DNA from: an uncultured Gemmatimonadales bacterium
GTDB taxonomy: Bacteria; Gemmatimonadota; Gemmatimonadetes; Longimicrobiales; Gaopeijiaceae
Length of the DNA stretch: 64,000 nucleotides
Assembly (NCBI GenBank): GCA_963809895.1
Contig: CAWELD010000010.1
Span: 608,001-672,000 of the forward strand
Direction of reading: 5' to 3'
Numbering within the stretch: the first letter of the stretch is position 1; the number at the start of each line of letters is the position of its first letter. The notes under the pieces are model-generated. The model was not told the DNA's origin, searched no databases, and was given only the letters and a program-made list of their open reading frames with translations. The position numbers and the translations under genes were made by a program. Positions 56,123-64,000 of the stretch are shown piece by piece.

Positions 56123-56980
56123 ATGGGACATCCGAGGAAGCAGATGAGGAAGGCGGTACGGGAAGCGGTGCTGCATCGGTTCGAGGCATGCCTTCCGGGA
56201 ATGTCACGGCGCCTGGACGTCCCCGCCTATACCCGGGAGCCGTATGACAATCTCCTCCCGGCCCTGGCCCCGGCCCTTCTGGACGACTTCGCGTCAGGCG
56301 ACGGGAGAGAGCTCGAAGGTGACCTTCCGAAGTTCTGCGCCGCTCATTCGTCCGCTGCGTTGGCCGCGAACGCGTTCGGGTGCTTTCGATTCCACCCGGA
56401 GCGCCTGCGTCTCGCGGGGCTGGCGGGCTTCACCGAGGCGCGGTTCGAGCACCGGCTCTCCACCGGCCTTCCAGGGAATCCCCCGAACCTCGACTTCTTC
56501 ATCTCCGGACCGAACGGTGCCGTGGCCGTGGAGTCGAAGTTCACGGAAGTCCTCGCACCCAAGGTGGCGACGTTCGCCGCGTCGTACTCCAAGGCCGTGG
56601 AACGGCTCGCGGACTCTGCCTGGCAGCGACTCTTCGAAGCACTGAAGGAGAACCCCAGGCGCTTCACGAAGCTCGACGCGGCCCAACTGGTGAAGCATTA
56701 CCTGGGCATGCGGCACTCCCTCGCGGACCATGCGGGCCGGTTGGTGCTCCTCTACATGTATTGGGAGCCCAGCAACGCTCAATCGATCCCGGAGTTCATC
56801 GCTCACGCTGAAGAGGTCGCGGCATTCTCCAATATCGTCCGTGACTCGGAGGTCCAGTTTCTCGCCATCGGCTACCCGGACCTCTGGGATGAATGGAGCC
56901 GCTCCGTCTCGTGGGAGGGAATCGAACCTCATGTAGGGGCGCTTCGGGCACGGTACTCGATGCCGGTACCGCCGGTGTGA
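56123..56980 (+). CDS. PD-(D/E)XK putative restriction endonuclease (PGN_0703-like)
   Basis: SSAALAANAF, FE, PNLD, VESKFTE, QLVKH. Confidence 0.78.
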   Translation: MGHPRKQMRKAVREAVLHRFEACLPGMSRRLDVPAYTREPYDNLLPALAPALLDDFASGDGRELEGDLPKFCAAHSSAALAANAFGCFRFHPERLRLAGLAGFTEARFEHRLSTGLPGNPPNLDFFISGPNGAVAVESKFTEVLAPKVATFAASYSKAVERLADSAWQRLFEALKENPRRFTKLDAAQLVKHYLGMRHSLADHAGRLVLLYMYWEPSNAQSIPEFIAHAEEVAAFSNIVRDSEVQFLAIGYPDLWDEWSRSVSWEGIEPHVGALRARYSMPVPPV

Positions 56981-57017
56981 GGCTCTGCCGCCAGGTCATT
57001 CGCACAAGCGAGGGTTC

Positions 57018-57945
57018 ATGGAGGCACGATCGCCGTTCTGGATGATGGAGCGTCCGCCGGCGGACCGGCATCTCGACAGCGAGGCGGTACGCACCGTGGT
57101 ACGAACGCAGTTTCCCGATTGTCCGGCCGCCACCGCGACGCTCCTGGGGTCGGGGTGGGAGCACGACGCGTATGTCGTGGATGAGTCGATCGTCTTCCGG
57201 TTCCCCCGCTACGCCGATGTCGCCAGGGGCCTGAAGTATGACGTCGAGGTCCACGCGCTGGTCTCCGCGGTGCGTCGGAGACGCCGTTCGGGTGCCGACG
57301 GTGGACCGCTTCGGGACAGCCAGCGACATCTTTCCGCACCGATTCGTCGGCCATGACCTCGTGCCCGGCGTGGGCGCGGAAGACCTGGACGCGAAGCACG
57401 CGCCCCGTCTGGGTGCCGACCTGGGTCGAGCCCTGACGCGGGTCCACGACATCGATCCCGAATCGGCCCGTGCGATCGGCGTGCCCCTCCTGCCCCACGA
57501 CTGCGAAGCGGCGATCGCCGCCCTCAATGAACAGGTCCGCGTCGTCCCGATAAGCTCGGTGGCGCCGAAGCCGGCGTCGTGGCTGGCGGGAGGTCCTGCG
57601 ATGCCGTCTCCAGATCCGAATCCACCGCGCCTCATCCACAACGGACTCCACGGAGAACACGTCATCGTCGATCCCGCGACTGGGGCATTGTCCGGGATCA
57701 TCGACTGGAGCAGTGCGGCTGTGGGGGATCCCACGGTCGACCTGGCGTTCCTGTTGGTGCTCGGGGGGCCGGAGCTCCTGGGTGCGGTGCTCGCGAACTA
57801 CGAGCTCGCCCTCGATGAAGGGGCCGAATGGCGGACGCTGTTCCGAGCGCGGGTGCGGGCGCTCGGATGGCTGGTGAACGCGGTGCGCCTGGGCGATCCC
57901 CTGGACCGCATCATGGAACAGGTGCGATATGTGTTCGCGCTCTGA
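57018..57945 (+). pseudogene. APH-family phosphotransferase, frameshift near 57270
   Basis: GSGWEH..VFRFPR; LIHNGL.GEH..GIIDW. Confidence 0.75.
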
Positions 57946-58624
57946 GAATTCTGGTGCGCCTACGGCTCCTGGTGCCATCGAGGCCTCACTCGCGGCGAGC
58001 CCCGGCGTATCCGCGGCTGCCTATTTCGGCTCGACGGGCAAGGGCGAGACGGACGCATTCTCCGACATCGATCTGGTGGTGTCGTGCTGTCCGAAGGCCG
58101 CCGTGCTCTTCGTTCGTCGACTTCACGGGCTCCTCGGCCTGGCGTTGTACCGCCCCTTCACGGAAGGTCGGCACCCGGCTGGCCGGTACTGGTTCCGTGG
58201 CGTCAGTCCCTTCCAGAGGCTGGACGTGAGCTTCTATCCTCCGGATGAGTTCGGCGATCTGTTGCTCAACGGCCGGGGGTTCGCGCAGCCTCCGTTCCAG
58301 TCGATCGAGTTGCCGCCGGTCGCGTCGCCACCGGAGTCGACGCCGGACCTCCCCGAGTGGTCTGCACTGGATCACGAATTCGGGGGAGCCCTACGCCGGC
58401 TTCACGAGGCCGCGAAGGCCGAGGCGCGCGGTCGACAAGCGAAGCTGCCGGCCAAGGTCGCGGCCGAGCGCGTGCGAGAGTTTCGGTCGCGCGGCCTGCG
58501 GCCGGAGGCATGGGAGCTCTTCGAGCACACCATGGACTTGCTGGGCGGCACCGGCTCGGTGAGGGTATCGGAGACTGGGCAAAACGCGTGGCAGCCCTGG
58601 CGCGCTCGCCAGCCCAGCCGATGA
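57929..58624 (+). CDS. Pol-beta-type nucleotidyltransferase domain protein
   Basis: YFGSTGKGETDAFSDIDL. Confidence 0.78.
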   Translation: MCSRSENSGAPTAPGAIEASLAASPGVSAAAYFGSTGKGETDAFSDIDLVVSCCPKAAVLFVRRLHGLLGLALYRPFTEGRHPAGRYWFRGVSPFQRLDVSFYPPDEFGDLLLNGRGFAQPPFQSIELPPVASPPESTPDLPEWSALDHEFGGALRRLHEAAKAEARGRQAKLPAKVAAERVREFRSRGLRPEAWELFEHTMDLLGGTGSVRVSETGQNAWQPWRARQPSR

Positions 58625-58663
58625 TGGTCGTCATGGCTTACCCGCTCCTGCGTAGGAGAGGAT

Positions 58664-59152
58664 ATGAGAACGATGACCGTAGTGCTGTCCGCGCTCGCAA
58701 TGCCCTCGTTGCTCTACTCCGCGGCGGGTGTTCAGGAGAAGGAGCCTCGCACCCTGTTCGTCGCTCCCTTCTCGGCAGAAGCGGGCGCCAACATGGCGGC
58801 TGAAATCACGGCTCGGGTCCGGGCCTCCCTGTCGGCAACCGAGGGCATCGAGGTCGGCGATTGGGAGGCGGCGGTCGACCGATTCTCGCGCGCGCGAAAT
58901 CTCGAGGCCGGGGCTTTGGAGCCGTGGGACTGTGTGCGCGCTCGGCAGGTCGCAGCGGTCCAGCAGATCGAGCTGCTCGTGTGTGGGGTAGTGCGGACGA
59001 CTCCCGACGGCTTCCGCGCCGAGCTCCAGATCGTCGACCTGTCTCACGGTGCCAGCATCGACCTGGACCCCGGGGTCGCACGGGATCAGGATGGACTGGT
59101 CGATCACATGTGTGACGAGGTGGTGGAATGGTACCGTCAGAGCGGCGGGTGA
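58664..59152 (+). CDS. Hypothetical secreted protein
   Basis: Signal peptide; AGGAGAGG RBS. Confidence 0.65.
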   Translation: MRTMTVVLSALAMPSLLYSAAGVQEKEPRTLFVAPFSAEAGANMAAEITARVRASLSATEGIEVGDWEAAVDRFSRARNLEAGALEPWDCVRARQVAAVQQIELLVCGVVRTTPDGFRAELQIVDLSHGASIDLDPGVARDQDGLVDHMCDEVVEWYRQSGG

Positions 59153-59487
59153 CGCGGCACCCGGACCCCGAGGCGCCGGAGTGGCAGGGCGACCAGGCTC
59201 ATCGCCACCTGGCTCGCCGGGACACCCTCGACCAGGTCGCCGCCGAGCTGGCCAAGAAGCGGCGAAAGAGAGCGGTGGTTCGATCGTTTCTCGTGGGCCT
59301 CGCCGCGACGAATCTGATCGCCAAGCTCCAGCACGGCGTCGACCCGGTGAAGGTTGTGGTCCTGACGATCGTGATTCTCGCGATCTTCCTGATCCCGTTC
59401 GAGCTCTCCTGGAGACCGATCATTGCTCGGCTCGAGGGCGCCGCGGAGGGTCTCGGGGCCGATGATGAGAAGAGCCCAAGATCCTGA
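59128..59487 (+). CDS. Hypothetical two-TM protein
   Basis: Two hydrophobic segments. Confidence 0.55.
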   Translation: MVPSERRVTRHPDPEAPEWQGDQAHRHLARRDTLDQVAAELAKKRRKRAVVRSFLVGLAATNLIAKLQHGVDPVKVVVLTIVILAIFLIPFELSWRPIIARLEGAAEGLGADDEKSPRS

Positions 59488-59502
59488 CCGGAGCTCGGCC
59501 CC

Positions 59503-62500
59503 TCAATTGGGGCGCCAATCCGCGGAAAGGCTACCCTGACGAAGCTCCATGAGGCCCGTCCCGTCGGCGTTGACGATGTATAGGAGCAGCACGGTGCCGG
59601 CCGGTCGCTGATCCTGATACGGAAAGACGATCCGGTCGTCTTCCGGTGACCATGTCGGTGCCGTGATGCCATTCCCGAAGGGCTCGCCTTCGCCCAAGGG
59701 GACTACGACGAGATCCTCTCCGGTCATCGCATCGGCCACGACGAGGGCCCACTCCGCGAAGCCGTTCGTGCCTGCGGCCGTGATGCGGTAGTAGGCGATC
59801 TTCGTTCCGTCTCTCGAGTAGCGCGGCGCGGCCACGTCGCGAGGATGGTCGTCCAGGCTCAACTCGGCGTCGAGGAAGGGCTCGGGCTTGGATCCGCTCC
59901 CTATCAGGTGCTTGTGGATGGCCCAATTGCGATCCACGGTCTCCGAGTTCTCGGCGACGAATACGATCTCCGACCCGTTGGGCGACCAATCGGCGTAGTC
60001 TGGATAGATGGAGGTCGCAGCCGCGTCGTAGACGGGGGTGAGGCTGCCAGTGGCGACGTCGGCAACGAAGAGTCCGGCGTTCCCTCCGCCATACGACAGC
60101 ACGAGTAGCTGACTCGCATCGGGAGACCACACCGAAGTCGTGTGGCTACGGTCCTGTGAGTCCGTGAGCACGATGCGGCATTGGCTCCCGTCCGCGCTCC
60201 AGATCAGGACTCCGGTCTGGCTCTGGCCGGGGCAGGAGGCGTCCCACGCGAGGATCTCTTCACCGTCGGGGGACCAGCGAGGCTGCCGTCCGCGGCCGGG
60301 AATCTGTTGAGTCTCGCTCCCATCCGTGTCCATCAGGAAGAAGTCGAGGCTGCGGAAGGGCTGCCAGAGGATGTCTCCGGGAGGGGAGGGATCCCAGAAG
60401 TGGTCTTCACCCGGGTGAACTGCGAACGAGGTGCCGATGTCGAAGAGGGTATCGCCCGCTGCACCGAGCCCGACGAGTCGAGCCTCCCATTCCTCGCCGG
60501 GGTCGCCGACGGGCACGGTATAGACCTGCCAGAGCCCTTCGCCGTCCGCTTCGATCCCGCTGTGGAAGCGCTCCTCCCAGGTCGTGTTGTCGTCGGGTGC
60601 GGTAACGGAGGACCAGATTTCGGCCGGCCCGGTGGCGTCCAGCTTCTTGGGCCGAATGGCGATGTCGGCCGAGATGATGAGGTTGTCGAGGTCGGTGACG
60701 TCGTAGTGCGGATCGTCGAAGAGCTGTTGGAGCACCTGCAGATCGGTAACCGCGGCGTCGACGGCGCCGGGAACGACGGCGGTCGAGGTGAGATCCACCA
60801 GGGTGTCGCCATTGAGGTCGATGAACGGGTAGACGAACTCATCGAATCGGAAGGCCTTTCCGTTGCCGTTCAGGTCCTTCTTCGGATGGCCGAGAGCGCC
60901 GTCCAGGGCCAGCCACGGCGGGTCCAGCACGTAGAGGTAGCCATCCCTCCAGCGACGAAAGTCGGCCATGTCGACCCGGCCGTCGCCCGGTCCGCCGTCG
61001 CCGTCGGCATCGGTATCGGTGAAGTCCGCCTCCGTGTCGGGGTCCCAACGCAGGTTCCCGTCCACGGTGCCGTCGTCGATGTCGGTGAGCATCTCCAGGG
61101 TGCGCACGTCGCCGGCCTCGTGAGCCGCCCCGTAGGCGTCGATGCGTGGAGCCGCTCCCCCGCCGACCGGGATGGAGGTCCGCATCAGGAGGTCCCGCAT
61201 CGGATTGGAGTTGAACGTGGGATCGGGGATGGAGGGGTTCAGGGTGTAGAGATAGCCCACGAGGCCAGCCACATGCGGTGTTGCCATGGACGTGCCGCTC
61301 TTCACCGAGTAGGAGGTGTTGATGTCGGCCGAGTCCCCGGTACTGAGGATCGCCGAGCCCGGAGCCGAGAAGTGACCTTTGATATTGGAGAACGATGATC
61401 GCGTGGCGCCGCCGGGCGCTGCGGAGCTATTCCGAACGGACTCGATGATGAGGATGTTCTGGTTCGCCTGTTCGATGGCCGCGCTGGTCATGGGACTGTT
61501 GAACGTGCCGTTCTTACCGCCATCGTTTCCGGCGGAGGTCAGCCAGACGGGGAGAGGCCTCAGGGTGGCGAGCGATTTCTGGATGTTCGAGAACACCCTG
61601 CCTGCTCTGCCGGCGAAGTTCTGGGCCGTGATGCTCTGATCGGAGTCGATGGTGGGTTTGATATAGGACCAGTTGAATCCGAGGCTGGTGCTCACGACGC
61701 GGATGCTGGGATTGGCGACCAACAGGTTCATGGAGCGCAAGGCCATGCCCGCCCATGAGATCTGCTCCCTCGCGCGAGTCCCTCCCCAGTCCACCACCGT
61801 CATCAGGGCGAAGGGATTGAGCCCGTCGACCCCCTTCTCGTTGTCGTGGACCGCCCCGACGATGCCCGCGACGTGAGCACCGTGGTCATGCACTTCACCA
61901 GGAGAGAGATTGGTGTAGGCCAGATCGGGATGGGCGGGCGCGAAACCGACGTCGATTACGAGCGTGCCGGGTGCCCGGCTCGCTCCCGACTGGATCGCTT
62001 TACGAATGCCCGCATTGAGATTCCAGAGTTGAGGCACGCGGATCCGCTCGAGCCCCCAATTGCCTCCGGTGGGTGTGTTCTCCCAGGTCCAGTTAGCGGG
62101 CTTTCCGTCATTGGGACGCGTGACCACGTCGGCGCTCAACGCTGCATCCCGAACGGCCACCTCGACCGTCGGCTCCTGATCGAGCTCAGCGATCAGGGCA
62201 TCCATCTGCTCGTGGGTCTCCGTACGGGTTCGCAGGAAGAGGACGCCCGGCGCCTGCCCGGCGGCACCCGATAGCCCACCGATGATCGTTGCTTCGATGC
62301 GCTGAAGCACGGCATTCGCGTCGCCCACGGTCGTACCGACGCGGAAGCTGAGGATGACGATGTTGCGGGTGAGCGGCAATCCGGGCAGCTCGGGATGGTC
62401 GGTCGTGAAGTCGTCCGGACCGGGCTCATAGACCATGTCCGGGATCGCCTCCGCTGCGGGGTCCGAGGAGGCCCCCTCGAGCTGGTCGGCCGCGAAGAGC

Positions 62501-62912
62501 ACACGGAGGCTGGCAGACCCATCGACCGTCCCGCTCTGGACGGTGAGAGTCACGTCTCCCTGGTATCCCGTGATCCGGACATTCGCCGTGATCGTGCCTG
62601 TTGCGAGCGTCAGGGCAGAGGGAGTGATGGAGCCGTCGGAGACAGACAGCGTGACCGTCCCGGAGAAGTCGCTCGCCACCGAACCGTCTTGGGTCCGGGC
62701 CGTCACCGTGATCGGAAATCCCGGTCCTCGGCCGCGGTCTCCGGCGCGATCACGTCGAAACGGGTCGGGGGCGAAGGTGGCGGATCGTCGTCGTTGGGAC
62801 CGCTCGGCCCGTCACCGTCTCCACAGGCGGTGAGGGCTCCTGCCAGGAGCACGAGGAGCGAAGACACGGCGCGCGCTCGGCGTCCGAAGAGTGTCGTTTC
62901 GTCGTTCGTCAT
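59503..62912 (-). CDS. S8 subtilisin-like lipoprotein peptidase with DxDGD repeats and PD40 propeller; frameshift near 62710
   Basis: VIDVG, HGAHVAG, SAGN, GTSMATPHVAG; lipobox LTAC in the upstream frame. Confidence 0.88.
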
Positions 62913-63096
62913 CACGCAGTGCCTCCGTGTCAGCGCTCGCAGATGAGGCGACCCGGAGCCACCCCTCTCGCGCTGGACTACGTCAGAGTCGCGGGACGGG
63001 ACTGCATCCAGCTCGCCTTGCCCCTCGGCGTCCCGGGCCGACATGATGCTCTCCTGGCAGGGCGACGCGTCCTCGGAACCACGCCGGTTATGCCCC

Positions 63097-63544
63097 ATGG
63101 TGCGCGCTATACCTCGATCGGTGACCTCCCTTCGCCGGAATCGAAGGTGCAGCGAGCCATTCGGCTGAATTTCTGGCTGTCGGTGGTGCTCTTCCTGGCG
63201 ATGGTCGGATGGTCGTACGTGGTGCGACTTCGTACGGGTCAGCAGCCCGTCCCGATCGGTCTGTCCGACCTCACCATTCCCGCGCAGAACGAGATCAGGC
63301 GCGGCGGCGTAGAATTCGCTGCGATGGAGCTTTTCCTGGCCTGGTGGTTCTACCGGAAGGGCGGTCGGGAAGCGCGAGGCGCCGCCGCTTTCGGGGGCTC
63401 TTCCTCATCGCGGGATTGTTCGTCCTCCTGGGCTCGGTGGCGCCGGGTGACGTGGTGGGCACGATCCCGCTTCTGGGAATGGCCTATACCATCGGCTCAC
63501 ATCTTCTCTACGCGGCCGCCGGCAGCAGCCGACGCCTGCGCTAG
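63097..63544 (+). pseudogene. Small membrane protein, frameshifted
   Basis: Hydrophobic segments in different frames. Confidence 0.4.
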
Positions 63545-63590
63545 CACGGGCTGCCAACCTCGTGGCCGCGCCGCGGGTCCGGATGACCGT

Positions 63591-64000
63591 TCAGCGGCCG
63601 CCGCCAGCCTCCATGTACCGCGGCGGCGGGGACTGCGCGCTCCCCTCCCAGTCCGGATCCGCTCCGCCGATCCACGTCTTCGTGGCCGCGTCATACTGAA
63701 CGGCGTGCACCCGGCTGAAAGCACCCACCCGCGGGGTCTCACGCACGGCGAGCCCCAGAGCCTTCATCTGGGCTACGTCGGTGGAGGTCCAGCCGCTGCC
63801 CGGGGTGGTTTCCACCTCGAGGGTGGAGCCGCTCATGTAGACCCGCGGCGCGGCCAGCGCGTCGGCGAGGTCCATGCCATCGTCGACGATTCGGGAGATG
63901 ACCTGCACGACCCCCGGTGGGATGCGGCCACCACCGGCGGCGCCCAGCGCGAGGACGGGGACGCCGTCCTTGAGTACCATGAGCGGACAGATGGACGAGC
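63591..64000 (-). CDS. ggt: Gamma-glutamyltransferase, C-terminal part (runs off window)
   Basis: SSICPLMV..LGAAGGGRI..ALAAPR..GGADP. Confidence 0.88.
   Translation of the reverse strand, partial: SSICPLMVLKDGVPVLALGAAGGGRIPPGVVQVISRIVDDGMDLADALAAPRVYMSGSTLEVETTPGSGWTSTDVAQMKALGLAVRETPRVGAFSRVHAVQYDAATKTWIGGADPDWEGSAQSPPPRYMEAGGGR

Noticed and set aside
60181..61398. 405-aa plus-strand ORF
   Set aside because: Antisense shadow of the S8 peptidase gene
1..64000. Integron integrase, reverse transcriptase, tRNA or rRNA genes
   Set aside because: No tyrosine-recombinase or RT motifs in any ORF, and no recognisable structural RNA gene

Overview
High-GC bacterial DNA; the gene families suggest Gemmatimonadota (inference). 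The window is a large integron gene-cassette array on the + strand. I find about 27 attC sites or remnants in three long sequence families (about 105-119 bp) plus one short foreign-type site, and no integrase gene in the window. From about 1 to 18 kb the cassettes are clearly delimited, and each has a cassette-specific 11-17 bp terminal inverted repeat. Nine toxin-antitoxin modules are present, eight of them packed into 9.5-18.8 kb. One attC is interrupted by an IS1111-type (IS110 family) element whose transposase is fused to an IS256 remnant, and a 234-bp element with the same ends lies at 22.9 kb. Beyond about 18 kb the attC sites decay progressively and genes fuse or truncate. Two unknown membrane-anchored protein families are repeatedly expanded there, and the region ends at a gamma-glutamyltransferase gene. 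The most novel signal is that almost every long attC, including very decayed ones, keeps a sigma70-like motif (TTGCAS or TCGCGY, N17-18, CAnnnT) pointing into the next cassette, which suggests promoters built into attC.
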